From sequence record SRR22947725_330: a stretch of DNA of 57,185 nt. One strand, 5' to 3'. Below the pieces are notes generated by a model. It was not told the DNA's origin and made no database searches. It worked only from the letters and a program-made list of their open reading frames with translations. Shown one piece after another: positions 24,258 through 34,689 of the stretch. The stretch's first letter is position 1. Each line of letters starts with the position of its first letter. A program made the translations under genes and the position numbers.

Positions 24258-24935
24258 ATGATTCGCCTCGAAAACGTCACCAAGAGCTACTCCGCCGAAG
24301 TCGTGGCACTCCGCGACGCAGGATTCGACATCGCCAAAGGCGAGTTCGTCTTTCTCGTGGGCCCATCCGGCTCCGGCAAGAGCACGCTGTTGCGGATGCT
24401 CAACCGCCAGGATCGGCCCGAGCGCGGTGCCGTCTGGGTGGCAGGTCGCAATATCGTCGACATGCCGCCGGGCCGCGTACCGCACCTTCGCCGCAACATT
24501 GGCAACATCTTCCAGGACTACAAGCTCCTGCTCGAAAAGACGGTGTTCGAGAACGTGGCGTTTGCGCAAGAGGTCATTGGACGCCCGAAGCACGTCATCA
24601 AGCAGCAGGTCCCGGCGGTCCTCGAGCTTGTCGGTCTCGCTGGCAAAGAAGATCGTCTTCCGCATCAGCTGTCCGGTGGCGAGCAGCAGCGTGTTTCTGT
24701 CGCTCGGGCATTCGTGAATCGGCCGCTGATTCTTCTCGCGGACGAGCCCACGGGCAACCTCGATCCGGCTACCGGCGAGGGAATCATGCGCTTGCTTGAT
24801 CGCATCAACAAGACTGGCACCACCGTGGTGATGGCCACCCACGACCAACGCATCGTGAACACGATGCGCAAACGAGTCATTCAGCTCGATCGCGGCGTCA
24901 TTGTCCGGGACCAGGCTCGCGGCGTCTACGAGTGA
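24258..24935 (+). CDS. ftsE: Cell division ATP-binding protein FtsE
   Basis: GPSGSGKST, IFQDYKLL, LSGGEQQRV, ADEPTGNLD; lies between prfB and ftsX. Confidence 0.93.
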   Translation: MIRLENVTKSYSAEVVALRDAGFDIAKGEFVFLVGPSGSGKSTLLRMLNRQDRPERGAVWVAGRNIVDMPPGRVPHLRRNIGNIFQDYKLLLEKTVFENVAFAQEVIGRPKHVIKQQVPAVLELVGLAGKEDRLPHQLSGGEQQRVSVARAFVNRPLILLADEPTGNLDPATGEGIMRLLDRINKTGTTVVMATHDQRIVNTMRKRVIQLDRGVIVRDQARGVYE

Positions 24936-24956
24936 CTCGGGAGATCTCAATCCACC

Positions 24957-25859
24957 ATGCTTTCACGCCTCCGATACACGCTTCGCGAAACATTTGACAG
25001 TTTTCGCCGTAACGCCACGCTGACACTCGCGGCAATCATCACCGCGGCGATCTCGCTGCTGGGGGTGGGGCTCACCCTGCTGAGCCAGAAGGGGTTCGAC
25101 AACTTGCTCTCGAAGTGGGAGGGCGGCGTCGAGATGATCATCTTTGTCAACGCAGGTGCCAGCGCGGATCAACTTGGTGTCATCGAGGGGGCCCTCGGCA
25201 ACAACCCGCAGTTCGTTGAAAGCTTCGGCTATTGCGACTCGCAGTGCTCGCTGAACGAAGCTGAGATTGTACTTGCTGGCGAGCCGGGCACGCTTGAGTT
25301 GCTGACCGCCGACAACATTCCGACCCAGTACAAGGTGGTGCCGACCGAGGGGACCGACGTCGAGCTGCTGCGACAGCTTGAGGGTGCGTTCTCTGAGCTC
25401 CCCAACGTGTTCAACGTCCAATTTGCCGAGGACCAAATCAGCCTGATCGGGCAACTGCAGGACTTCTTCGGTTTCCGCTTGTTGTTGCTGTCAGTGTTCC
25501 TGTTGCTCGCTGCGGTGCTGCTCATCTGGAACACGATTCGCACGGCGATCTTTGCTCGGCGACGAGAGATCGAAGTGATGAAGCTCGTCGGTGCGACCGA
25601 CTGGTTCATTCGCATTCCGTTCATGCTCGAAGGCCTGCTGCACGGAATTATTGGTGGCGTCCTGGCGAGTGCTGGCTTGTGGGCATGGAACAGCCAGTGG
25701 ACCAGCGGCGTCGGTGAGTTTCCCGATGGCAGCGGGTTTGCGGCACTTGTCGTGACTGACGGATACGACAAACAAGTGATGCTGATCATGCTTCTCATCG
25801 GTGCCGCGGCTGGCGCCATCGGCTCCGGCATTGCCGCCTCGCGCTTCTTGGACGTCTGA
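24957..25859 (+). CDS. ftsX: Cell division permease FtsX
   Basis: NTIRTAIFARRREIEVMKLVGATDWFIRIPFMLEG. Confidence 0.93.
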   Translation: MLSRLRYTLRETFDSFRRNATLTLAAIITAAISLLGVGLTLLSQKGFDNLLSKWEGGVEMIIFVNAGASADQLGVIEGALGNNPQFVESFGYCDSQCSLNEAEIVLAGEPGTLELLTADNIPTQYKVVPTEGTDVELLRQLEGAFSELPNVFNVQFAEDQISLIGQLQDFFGFRLLLLSVFLLLAAVLLIWNTIRTAIFARRREIEVMKLVGATDWFIRIPFMLEGLLHGIIGGVLASAGLWAWNSQWTSGVGEFPDGSGFAALVVTDGYDKQVMLIMLLIGAAAGAIGSGIAASRFLDV

Positions 25860-25921
25860 TTCTTGACTGATGCTGTCGTTGCGATCGGGGCGACGACGAC
25901 ACCGATCACTACGTTGCTCGG

Positions 25922-26785
25922 ATGGAGTACACCCAGATCGTCTATGAGGTCGCTGACAACATCGCGACCATCACGCTGAATCGCCCGGACAAGCTGAATG
26001 CCTTCACTGGCACGATGATGTACGAGATGATCGATGCCTTCGATCAGGTTGACGCCGATGATGAAGTTCGCGCGGTGATCGTCACCGGTGCCGGCCGGGG
26101 ATTCTGCGCTGGAGCCGATCTCTCAGCGAGCGGGGGAGAGACCTTCTCGAGTGGCGGCAGCGATATTCAGACCGATGCCGGCGTTCCTCGCGACGGCGGC
26201 GGAATGGTGTCGCTGCGGATCTTCAACTGCACGAAGCCGGTGATCGGGGCCATCAACGGAGCCGCCGTCGGGGTGGGCGTGACGATGACCTTGCCGATGG
26301 ATTTCCGGCTGGCCAGCGAGCACGCGAAGTTTGGTTTCGTGTTTGCCCGTCGTGGCATCGTGCCCGAAGCGTGTTCCTCGTATTTCCTTCCTCGGCTCGT
26401 CGGCATCAGCCAGGCAACCGAGTGGTGCTACACCGGACGGGTCTTCCCGGCCGACGAGGCGCGTGCCGGAGGACTCGTTCGCAGCGTTCATGCTGCGGAC
26501 GAGCTCCTTCCTGCAGCGCGCGCGATTGCTGCAGAGATCGCCGAGAACACCGCGCCGGTATCGGTGGCGCTCACCCGTCAGATGCTGTGGCGGATGCTCG
26601 GAGCCAGTCACCCGATGGAAGCCCACCGGGTCGACTCGCGCGGCATCCTGTCGCGCGGCGCCAGCGATGATGCTCGTGAGGGCGTCACGAGCTTCCTTGA
26701 GAAGCGCCAACCGGACTACCCGGTCAAGGTCAGCGGCGGCCTGCCCGAGATCTTCCCCGACTGGGTCGACCCCACCTTCGACTGA
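25922..26785 (+). CDS. Crotonase/enoyl-CoA hydratase family protein
   Basis: LNRPDKLNA, FCAGADL, INGAAVGVG, GIVPE. Confidence 0.9.
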   Translation: MEYTQIVYEVADNIATITLNRPDKLNAFTGTMMYEMIDAFDQVDADDEVRAVIVTGAGRGFCAGADLSASGGETFSSGGSDIQTDAGVPRDGGGMVSLRIFNCTKPVIGAINGAAVGVGVTMTLPMDFRLASEHAKFGFVFARRGIVPEACSSYFLPRLVGISQATEWCYTGRVFPADEARAGGLVRSVHAADELLPAARAIAAEIAENTAPVSVALTRQMLWRMLGASHPMEAHRVDSRGILSRGASDDAREGVTSFLEKRQPDYPVKVSGGLPEIFPDWVDPTFD

Positions 26786-26873
26786 GCCCAGTGGGTGCGG
26801 TCCGTCACCGTTGACCACCACCTGCGACCCGCACAAACATGGAAGGTGGCGGTTGGCACAGCGCCGCAGGGAA

Positions 26874-26900
26874 TTTCTCAAGTTTCTAGAGGTTCTAAAG
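26874..26900. repeat. Three tandem 9-bp direct repeats in an AT-rich promoter region
   Basis: TTTCTCAAG-TTTCTAGAG-GTTCTAAAG. Confidence 0.5.
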
Positions 26901-26952
26901 GAAGAACACATAGCAGCAATAATGCTGACAACTCCTCCCAGAAACGGCCCCC

Positions 26953-27168
26953 ATGAACATGATGTTGATGCAAGAACTGACCGCCGGTGACGTGATCGAA
27001 GTCAAGACCGCAGCCAATGTCGACGACGACATGATGACCGTTCTTGTCCTCCTGGCAACTGACGAGTTTGTCATCCTCGATCCGTGCAACGACTCCACGC
27101 CGTTCGTGTTGAAGAACAGCGAACTCATCGAATTCCGCAAGTTTGACGCGGCACTCGCCTCGGCCTGA
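26953..27168 (+). CDS. Small hypothetical protein (about 70 aa, beta-rich)
   Basis: Host-like codon usage, fills the gap, AT-rich promoter-like region upstream. Confidence 0.6.
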   Translation: MNMMLMQELTAGDVIEVKTAANVDDDMMTVLVLLATDEFVILDPCNDSTPFVLKNSELIEFRKFDAALASA

Positions 27169-27263
27169 CTTCCCCAGCAAGGCTGGCAGAGCTTCGGTCT
27201 GGCAACGTCGTCGACGAGACCTCCGAAACATCTGACCTCCGAAGTTCCTTCAAGACCCCTAAC

Positions 27264-27722
27264 GTGGGCGCCGTGGTTGACACGGCGCCTTCGCTCTTTT
27301 TTCGAGTCGGAAGCGACGATGCCAGTCGCTCCGCCTTCTTCGAGCGCCTTGTCGATGTGTTCTACGAGGGAGTGGCGACCGATCAGGTGCTCCTTCCGCT
27401 GTACCCCGAGCAGCCTGACCTGACCGGTGCACGCCATCGACTCACGCTCTTTCTCATTCAGTACTGGGGCGGACCGACGACGTACATGGAGGAACGTGGA
27501 CACCCGCGCCTGCGGATGCGGCACTTCCCGTTCCATGTGGGCCCGCTCGAGCGTGACCGGTGGTTGCTCCATATGGCGGCTGCGGTGGAGACAGTGTGCG
27601 ATGACGTGGCCGTCCCAGCGGAAGTTTCTGCCGAGCTGATGGGGTACTTCGTGCCAGCAGCTGAGCACCTTCGCAACGACACGGGACTGCCAATTACATC
27701 GGCGAACTATCCCCGCACGTGA
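27264..27722 (+). CDS. glbO: Group II truncated hemoglobin
   Basis: LVDVFY, QYWGGPTTY, RGHPRLRMRH, RDRWLLHM. Confidence 0.88.
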   Translation: MGAVVDTAPSLFFRVGSDDASRSAFFERLVDVFYEGVATDQVLLPLYPEQPDLTGARHRLTLFLIQYWGGPTTYMEERGHPRLRMRHFPFHVGPLERDRWLLHMAAAVETVCDDVAVPAEVSAELMGYFVPAAEHLRNDTGLPITSANYPRT

Positions 27723-27783
27723 CCTGGGCGCCAGGCGTCTGCCGGCGATCTGATCCTCGGATCGGGTTCGGTACGATCAATCG

Positions 27784-28710
27784 TTGATGGCTGCAATCGA
27801 CGTTCGCGACCTGCACAAGCACTACGGAGACAACCGCGCCGTCGATGGTGTCAGCTTTCACGTCGCCGAAGGCGAGGTCTACGCGTTGCTCGGCCACAAC
27901 GGTGCGGGTAAGTCGACCGCTGTGGAGATACTCGAGGGCCACCGCACCATGACATCGGGCTCGGTGTCGGTGTTGGGGTTCGACCCTGCGAAAGCGCAAC
28001 GTGAGTTCCGCGATCGGATCGGCGTGGTCCTCCAAACCTCCGGGGTTGAGAACGAATTCACGGTGCGCGAGGTCATTGATCTGTACGCGAGTGCCTATCG
28101 CCGTCGACGGACACTGGACGAAGTCGTCGAACTCGCCGGACTCGAGGAGAAGGTCGACGAGCGGGTTGGTTCGTTATCCGGGGGTCAACGACGTCGCGTC
28201 GATCTGGCGCTGGGCATCATCGGGCGTCCTGATCTGTTGTTTCTCGACGAGCCGACCACCGGGTTTGACCCCGCAGCGCGCCGGAAGTCTTGGGATTTGA
28301 TCGAAGCCCTGGGCGACGATGGCGTCACGGTGCTCCTCACGACGCACTATCTCGACGAAGCCGAACACCTGGCGGACCGAGTCGGCGTGCTGGCCTCGGG
28401 CAAAATGATCGCCGAGGGCACTCCGGCGCAACTGATCGAGGGAATCAGCGGCACCGTCGTCAGTTTCATGCTGCCCGACTCGATTGGGACCGCTGATGCG
28501 ATCAGCACCTTTGGTCCCGTGCTCGGTGGGGACGTCCGCCTGTCCGGGCGGCTGGTTGAAGCAACGGTCGACCGTGCCACCGAGGTGGTGCATCGGGCAA
28601 CGGGCTGGGCGATCGAGAATGGGGTCGAGCTTGAGTCGCTGCGAGTTGCTCGTGCTTCGCTCGAAGATGTGTTTCTCCAACTGACCGAGCGGTCGGAGGA
28701 GGCTTCATGA
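27784..28710 (+). CDS. ABC exporter ATP-binding protein
   Basis: GHNGAGKST, LSGGQRRR, FLDEPTTG, TTHYLDEA. Confidence 0.92.
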   Translation: MMAAIDVRDLHKHYGDNRAVDGVSFHVAEGEVYALLGHNGAGKSTAVEILEGHRTMTSGSVSVLGFDPAKAQREFRDRIGVVLQTSGVENEFTVREVIDLYASAYRRRRTLDEVVELAGLEEKVDERVGSLSGGQRRRVDLALGIIGRPDLLFLDEPTTGFDPAARRKSWDLIEALGDDGVTVLLTTHYLDEAEHLADRVGVLASGKMIAEGTPAQLIEGISGTVVSFMLPDSIGTADAISTFGPVLGGDVRLSGRLVEATVDRATEVVHRATGWAIENGVELESLRVARASLEDVFLQLTERSEEAS

Positions 28711-29540
28711 GCGCATTTCCGTCGAGCCTGTCGATGGTGCTGCGTCAGACCCAGTACCAGCTCAAGTACTTCACCCGAGTTCCGGTGGCGCTGTTCTTCA
28801 CCATCATCCTGCCGCTGGTGATGCTGGTGCTCTTCAACGCACTGTTTGGAGACAACACCATCGAGACTGACGAGGGTGATTGGTCGGTCCGCCAGTTCTA
28901 CACCGGTGGCCTTGCGGCGTACACAGCGGTCTCGGCAACGTTCTCCAATCTCGCGAACATGGTTCCGATCCGACGTGACGAAGGCGTCTTGAAACGCTGG
29001 CGCAGCACGCCGCTCCCGACGTGGATCTACATTGCCGGCTTTATCTGCTCGGCCATCGTGATCGCCTTCGTCGGTGCGATGGTGATGCTCACGGTTGGCG
29101 TGGTCTTCTACGACCTCTCGATCGAATGGGCGAAGATGCCGGCAGCGGCGGTGACCTTCTTGGTCGGCGTGGGAGCGTTCGCTGCGCTGGGGATGGCCTT
29201 GGCGTCGATCATCAAGACGGCGAGCTCGGCTTCAGCGGCCGCCAACGCCACCATCCTGCCGTTGGCCTTCATCTCTGATGTCTTCGTTGCCACTGACGGC
29301 GACAGTGCGCTGACCACCATCGCGAACATCTTCCCGCTCAAGCCCTTCGTCAACGCCTTCCAGGATTGCTTCAACCCATTCGTTGCAGCACCAGCGTTCG
29401 ACTGGGGAGCACTTGCCTTCGTGGCCGCCTGGGGCCTCCTCGGCCTCGGCATCGCAATGAAGAAGTTCACCTGGGAACCAAGTGGCGCCGGCCCACGCGG
29501 CCGTCGTGCCGCCCGCGCCGCAGCGACAGCGCAAGGTTGA
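28707..29540 (+). CDS. ABC-2 type permease
   Basis: RDEGVLKRWRSTP motif, 6 TM; ATGA-coupled to the ATPase gene. Confidence 0.88.
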   Translation: MSAFPSSLSMVLRQTQYQLKYFTRVPVALFFTIILPLVMLVLFNALFGDNTIETDEGDWSVRQFYTGGLAAYTAVSATFSNLANMVPIRRDEGVLKRWRSTPLPTWIYIAGFICSAIVIAFVGAMVMLTVGVVFYDLSIEWAKMPAAAVTFLVGVGAFAALGMALASIIKTASSASAAANATILPLAFISDVFVATDGDSALTTIANIFPLKPFVNAFQDCFNPFVAAPAFDWGALAFVAAWGLLGLGIAMKKFTWEPSGAGPRGRRAARAAATAQG

Positions 29541-29591
29541 GGCGTCGCCGGTGGCCGAGCACGCCCGGCTGTGGCCTAGATTCGGGATTGC

Positions 29592-31961
29592 GTGATGAGT
29601 TCTGCTGCCTCGGAGACCGATCGGTCTGACGCCGGCCTGTACCGGCATCCGTCCGATGTCGCCCGCCTGGTCTTCGCGCTGATCGCACTCGGTTTCCTGC
29701 TGCTGCTCGCGTTGCTGCTCGACAGCCAGGTCTCGAACGTGTCTGCCGACATTCTCGCAGTCGTCGAGGCGTTCCCCAATGCACTGGTGAACGGCCTCGT
29801 TGGACTCGTTCAGCTTCTCGTCACACTCGTGCCGGTGGTCGCGCTGGTGGTGCTGGTACGGCGTCGCCGCTGGTATTTGCTGATGCTTTTGGTGTTGGCT
29901 TCGATGGTCGCAGCGATCGCGATGAGCTTGCTCACCGGGGTGATCGACGAGAGTGTGCCGCGCGAGCAACTCGGTTACGACCGGGTTGTATCCTGGTTCA
30001 TCGGGAGCCAGTACCCGTCGAGCACCTACTTGGCGATGTTGACGGCGTGGCTGGTCACGGCGGGTCCATGGATGATGCGGTCATGGCGTCGGACCGGCTG
30101 GGTGTTCGTCATCTCCGCAATGGTCGCGCAGGTGCTCTCGTCGACGGAGGTTCCGGTTCGCAACTTGATGATGCTGGCAGTGGGAGCGGCTGCGGGGTCG
30201 TTGGCGCTCGTTGTGTTTGGTGCGCCGCGTCGAAGTGTCAATCTGGACTCGGTTCGAGAGGCGCTTGTTCGGTCAGGTATCCAGATCGACCACATCGAGC
30301 CGCACGAACACGGCACCGGGACACCGACGTTCGCGACCTCTGAGCCCGACGGCCGGAGGCTGTTCGTCAGGGTGATCGGTCGCGATCAGCGAGATTCAGC
30401 GGCACTTCTTCGTCTCTGGCGCAGTCTGTCGCTGAAGGGTGTCGGTGGGGGTGTCTCGGCGACGCCACGCCGGGCGGTCGACCACGAAGCGTTGGCGCTC
30501 GGCATCTTCGGCGCAGTGGCGCCGACTCCTGCTCCGGTTGCCGTGTTGGGGGCCGCTGACGAGGCTGCGCTGATGGTCTCCACGTACATTGCCGGCGACC
30601 GGCTGGCGGATCGCTCTGATGTTTCAGACGAGACATTGCGCGAGCTGTGGTCGTACGTTGCGGCGCTGCAGCGCCGTCGCTTGGCGCACGGCAATCTCGA
30701 CACAACCAGCGTTCTGATCAGTGCTGATGGTGCGACCCTGGTCGACCTCGGACGCGCCAATGTCGATGCAAGTGACGCAGCGCTCGGCGCGGACGTTGTC
30801 GAACTCCTCGCCTCGCTGGCGCTGCTGGTCGGCGTCGACCGAGCCGTCGATGCTGCTCGAGCGGAGCTTCCCGACGACGTGCTCGAACGAGCGGTGCCGA
30901 TGATCCAGAGCGCAGTGCTGTCCAAGCAGACTCGTGCCGCCGTCGAGGACAACGAACTATTGGATTCGCTCCGCGACGCCACCGCTGCGGCCGTCGGCAT
31001 TGAGCAGGTTGAGCTCGCACCAGTTCGACGGATCACGATCGGTGGTGCGGTTTCGTTCGTCGGCTCGCTTGTCCTGCTCGGCTACGTCTTCAACCTCGCT
31101 GCGAACTGGGACCAGACGTGGGAAGCGTTCAAGTCCGCCAACCTCGTTTACGCCATCCCGATCATCTTGCTGATGATCTCGACGTACTTCTCGGGAGCAA
31201 TGAGCTTGCTCGGGGCGACGACGATCGAACTGATCTACAACCGGACCGTCGCGGTCATGTTCGGGCAGTCGTACCTGAACCGTTTCACCCCGGCGAACGC
31301 CGGAGGTATGGCGATGCGGGTGCGCTATCTCCAGCTGAACGGTCTTGAGACAGCGGTCGCAGCGTCGGCGATTGCGTTGACATCAGGCGCCAGTGGCGTC
31401 GCCCAGGTCGTCACGATTGTGGTTTTCCTCATATGGGGAGGCTCTAGCGACAAGCTGAGCGACTTTGAGTTCCCTGACATGGGATCGATTGTCATCATCA
31501 TCCTCGTGATTGGGGCGATTGCAACGCTGGTGTTGATCACGCGGTTTGGTCGAACGGTGCTCCGGCCGTGGGTTGCCTCGGCGATGTCCAAGATCTGGGA
31601 CTCGATTGGCGACCTGCTGCGGCGGCCGACCAAGCTTGGACAGCTGTTCGGTGGTGCACTGCTCGGCAAATTGGCCAACGTGATCGCCTTCTGGGCGAGC
31701 ATGTTGGCATTCGGCGCCGACATCTCGTTTCCGATGGCTGGAGCGATGTACATCATTGCGACCACGATTGGCTCTGCAGTGCCGACACCGGGCGGCGTCG
31801 GCGGTGTCGAGGCGGCGTTGACCGCTGCATTGATTGCCTACGGCATCGACAACGCGACTGCCGCAGCGATCGTGCTGTTCTTCCGCACGCTCACGTTCTG
31901 GTTGCCAACGATTCCCGGGTATGGCTTCTTCCGCTACACGCAGGCGAAGGGCATCGTCTGA
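29592..31961 (+). CDS. Lysylphosphatidylglycerol-synthase-TM (flippase-like) protein with N-terminal TM region and central kinase-like domain
   Basis: LAHGNL...LVDLG kinase-like remnants; PTPGGVGGVEAAL and FRTLTFWLP. Confidence 0.8.
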   Translation: MMSSAASETDRSDAGLYRHPSDVARLVFALIALGFLLLLALLLDSQVSNVSADILAVVEAFPNALVNGLVGLVQLLVTLVPVVALVVLVRRRRWYLLMLLVLASMVAAIAMSLLTGVIDESVPREQLGYDRVVSWFIGSQYPSSTYLAMLTAWLVTAGPWMMRSWRRTGWVFVISAMVAQVLSSTEVPVRNLMMLAVGAAAGSLALVVFGAPRRSVNLDSVREALVRSGIQIDHIEPHEHGTGTPTFATSEPDGRRLFVRVIGRDQRDSAALLRLWRSLSLKGVGGGVSATPRRAVDHEALALGIFGAVAPTPAPVAVLGAADEAALMVSTYIAGDRLADRSDVSDETLRELWSYVAALQRRRLAHGNLDTTSVLISADGATLVDLGRANVDASDAALGADVVELLASLALLVGVDRAVDAARAELPDDVLERAVPMIQSAVLSKQTRAAVEDNELLDSLRDATAAAVGIEQVELAPVRRITIGGAVSFVGSLVLLGYVFNLAANWDQTWEAFKSANLVYAIPIILLMISTYFSGAMSLLGATTIELIYNRTVAVMFGQSYLNRFTPANAGGMAMRVRYLQLNGLETAVAASAIALTSGASGVAQVVTIVVFLIWGGSSDKLSDFEFPDMGSIVIIILVIGAIATLVLITRFGRTVLRPWVASAMSKIWDSIGDLLRRPTKLGQLFGGALLGKLANVIAFWASMLAFGADISFPMAGAMYIIATTIGSAVPTPGGVGGVEAALTAALIAYGIDNATAAAIVLFFRTLTFWLPTIPGYGFFRYTQAKGIV

Positions 31962-31989
31962 CGGCTTGCCGGGTGGTGAGCGCGGGTGT

Positions 31990-32850
31990 TCACGAGTAGA
32001 CGATGGTCTTGTGCCCGTGCACGGCGACCTTGTGTTCGAGGTGCGAGCGCACCGCACGGGCGAGCACGACGGTTTCGATATCGCGTCCGCGTGCGGTGAG
32101 CTGGGCGACGTTCTCGCGGTGCGTGACATGCGCTGTTTCCTGGGCGATGATCGGGCCCTCGTCGAGGTCTGCAGTGGCGTAGTGAGCCGTGGCGCCGATG
32201 AGCTTCACGCCCCGCTGGTGGGCTTGCCGGTATGGGTTGGCTCCGATGAAGGCTGGGAGAAACGAGTGGTGGATGTTGATGATGCGCATGGGGTGATGCG
32301 ACACGAAGTCTTCGCTGAGGATTTGCATGTAGCGAGCCATCACCACGAGTTCAACGCCGTGCTGGGCAAGCGTTGCGAGAACCTGTTGCTCCTGCTGTGG
32401 CTTGGTCTCTTTCGCGACGGGCAGATGGGCGTACGGAACCCCCATGTGCTCGCAGATGTCACGGTGATCAGGATGATTGGACACGACGACGCGGAGGTCC
32501 ATGGGGAGTTCGCCGCTGCGCCACCGCGTCAGCAGGTCATAGAGGCAGTGCGGCTGCTTGGATGCCATGATCGCCGTCGGAACGGGGACCGCCGTGTTGC
32601 GGAGATCAACGGTCATCTCGAACTGCTCAGCGACGACCTGAAAGGCGTCGAGGAAAGCCTCGTGGGTGACGTCGAGGCGAGCAAGGTCAAACTCGATGCG
32701 TTGAAAGAAGACCGAGACGTCATTTCCGGCCAGTCGGTCGACGTGCTGCTCGGCGTGGACGATGTTGCCATCGAAGCTGGCAATGAACGCAGAGGTCGCA
32801 GCGACGATGCCTTGCTGGTCGGGACAAGACAGAAGCAGGACGCCAGACAT
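31990..32850 (-). CDS. purU: Formyltetrahydrofolate deformylase
   Basis: CPDQQGIV, ARYMQIL, INIHHSFLPAFIGANPY, DLDEGPII. Confidence 0.95.
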   Translation of the reverse strand: MSGVLLLSCPDQQGIVAATSAFIASFDGNIVHAEQHVDRLAGNDVSVFFQRIEFDLARLDVTHEAFLDAFQVVAEQFEMTVDLRNTAVPVPTAIMASKQPHCLYDLLTRWRSGELPMDLRVVVSNHPDHRDICEHMGVPYAHLPVAKETKPQQEQQVLATLAQHGVELVVMARYMQILSEDFVSHHPMRIINIHHSFLPAFIGANPYRQAHQRGVKLIGATAHYATADLDEGPIIAQETAHVTHRENVAQLTARGRDIETVVLARAVRSHLEHKVAVHGHKTIVYS

Positions 32851-32878
32851 TGCTGCTTTCTATCGACGTACAGCGAAT

Positions 32879-33679
32879 TCAGGCGCGCAACGCCCAGCAC
32901 GCCACTGCAGTAGCTGCCGCAGCGTTGAGGGAGTCGACCCCGGCGGCCATCGGGATGCGGACCGGAATGGAGAGGTCGACCAGTTCTTCGCTCAGTCCGC
33001 TGCGCTCGGAACCGATCAAGATGGCGGCGCGGGACCCTGCCTGCACGTCGTCGAGGGGCCGAGCAGTCGGATCAGGCGTCAACGCATACAACTCGAAGTC
33101 GTTGAGGGTCAGAAGCTCCGCTGCGAGATGCTGCGTTCGTGCATGGGGGAGCGAGAAGGCTGTGCCCATGGCGACGCGCAGTGAGCGACGAGACAGCGGA
33201 TCGGCGCTCGTGTGGTCGAGAATGAGGCCGTCCCACCCCAGAGCGGCGGCGTTGCGGACAATCGAACCGACGTTGACTGGGTTATCAACCGCTTCGGCAA
33301 CGACGAGGCGCCGGGCAGACGAGGCGAGTCCACGTACTGACGGGCGCGCTGGGCGTTCGAACAGCGCCAGAATCGATAGCGGAAAGCCCATCTTCGCGAC
33401 AAGCGTTCGGATTGCTGACCCGCCGCCGTACAACGCACAGCCGAGCTCTCCGGCGATGTCGGGAATGCGTTCCGTGTCAATCAGGGCAGCCGTCGGCACG
33501 CATCCGGCGCGAAATGCTCGCTCGACGACCAGGTCGCCTTCGGCCAGGAACAGCCCAGCGCCAGCATCATCGCGTTTCTGTGCTCGGCTCGCCAGCGCTC
33601 GTTCGTTGACGCGGAACTGCCCGAATCGAGGGTCGTCGGGGTCCTCGATGATCTCGATGTGGAAGTCCATGGCCTCCAT
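32879..33679 (-). CDS. TrmH/SpoU family RNA methyltransferase
   Basis: DNPVNVGSIVRNA, RVAMG, IGSERSGL, IPMAAGVDSLN. Confidence 0.9.
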   Translation of the reverse strand: MEAMDFHIEIIEDPDDPRFGQFRVNERALASRAQKRDDAGAGLFLAEGDLVVERAFRAGCVPTAALIDTERIPDIAGELGCALYGGGSAIRTLVAKMGFPLSILALFERPARPSVRGLASSARRLVVAEAVDNPVNVGSIVRNAAALGWDGLILDHTSADPLSRRSLRVAMGTAFSLPHARTQHLAAELLTLNDFELYALTPDPTARPLDDVQAGSRAAILIGSERSGLSEELVDLSIPVRIPMAAGVDSLNAAAATAVACWALRA

Positions 33680-33716
33680 CAAAACCCAACCCTGACGACA
33701 ACCAGGAGAACAACCA

Positions 33717-34655
33717 TTAGAAGTGGTACGGGAACGGTGACCAGTCGGGCGAGCGCTTCTCGAGGAAGCTGTCGCGTCCTTCTGCAGCTTCGTCGGTTCC
33801 ATAGGCGAGGCGCGTGGCCTCGCCGGCGAATACTTGCTGGCCGACCAATCCGTCGTCGATCAAATTGAATGAGTACTTGAGCATCCGCTGGGCGGTGGGG
33901 CTCTTCCGGCAGATCTCGCGCCCCCATTCGAGCGCAGTTGCTTCAAGTTCTGCGTGCGGTACCGATTCGTTGACGGCACCCATGTCCTTCATCTGGTCAG
34001 CGGTGTACTCGCGCCCGAGGAAAAAGATCTCGCGCGCGAACTTCTGGCCGACTTGGCGAGCCAGGTACGCGGAGCCGAAACCGCCATCAAAACTTGCGAC
34101 GTCAGCGTCGGTCTGCTTGAAACGGGCGTGCTCGGTCGACGCCAGGGTAAGGTCGGCGACGACGTGCAACGAGTGCCCGCCGCCAGCCGCCCAACCGGGA
34201 ACCACGCAGATCACCACCTTTGGCATGAATCGGATGAGGCGTTGCACCTCGAGAATGTGCAGGCGACCGGCGCGTCCGGGCTCAATCGTGTCAGCCGTCT
34301 CGGATTCGGCGTACTTGTAACCGTCCTTGCCGCGGATGCGTTGGTCGCCACCGGAGCAGAACGCCCATCCGCCGTCCTTCGGTGACGGTCCGTTGCCGGT
34401 GAGGAGGACGCAGCCGACATCGGTCGACATTCGAGCGTGGTCGAGGGCCGCGAACAACTCGTCGACCGTGTGCGGACGGAACGCATTGCGGATCTCCGGT
34501 CGATTGAAAGCGATGCGGACAACGGCGCCATCGGGGCCCTTGCCAACGGCGCGGTGGTAAGTGATATCGGTGAAGTCGCAACCTGGAACAGCGGTCCACG
34601 CTGCAGGGTCGAAGATCTCGGAGACCGATTCGGTGGGGTCGGAACTGTTCGCCAT
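33717..34655 (-). CDS. menB: 1,4-dihydroxy-2-naphthoyl-CoA synthase
   Basis: RNAFRPHT, FCSGGDQR, AGGGHSLHV, SFDGGFG, EGRDSFLEKR. Confidence 0.95.
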   Translation of the reverse strand: MANSSDPTESVSEIFDPAAWTAVPGCDFTDITYHRAVGKGPDGAVVRIAFNRPEIRNAFRPHTVDELFAALDHARMSTDVGCVLLTGNGPSPKDGGWAFCSGGDQRIRGKDGYKYAESETADTIEPGRAGRLHILEVQRLIRFMPKVVICVVPGWAAGGGHSLHVVADLTLASTEHARFKQTDADVASFDGGFGSAYLARQVGQKFAREIFFLGREYTADQMKDMGAVNESVPHAELEATALEWGREICRKSPTAQRMLKYSFNLIDDGLVGQQVFAGEATRLAYGTDEAAEGRDSFLEKRSPDWSPFPYHF

Positions 34656-34689
34656 CGGCCCATCTTGCCCGCTGCGCTACCGTCCATCC

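Noticed and set aside
25860-26000. smpB/tmRNA expected after ftsX
   Set aside because: A crotonase gene follows directly; no tmRNA-like sequence.
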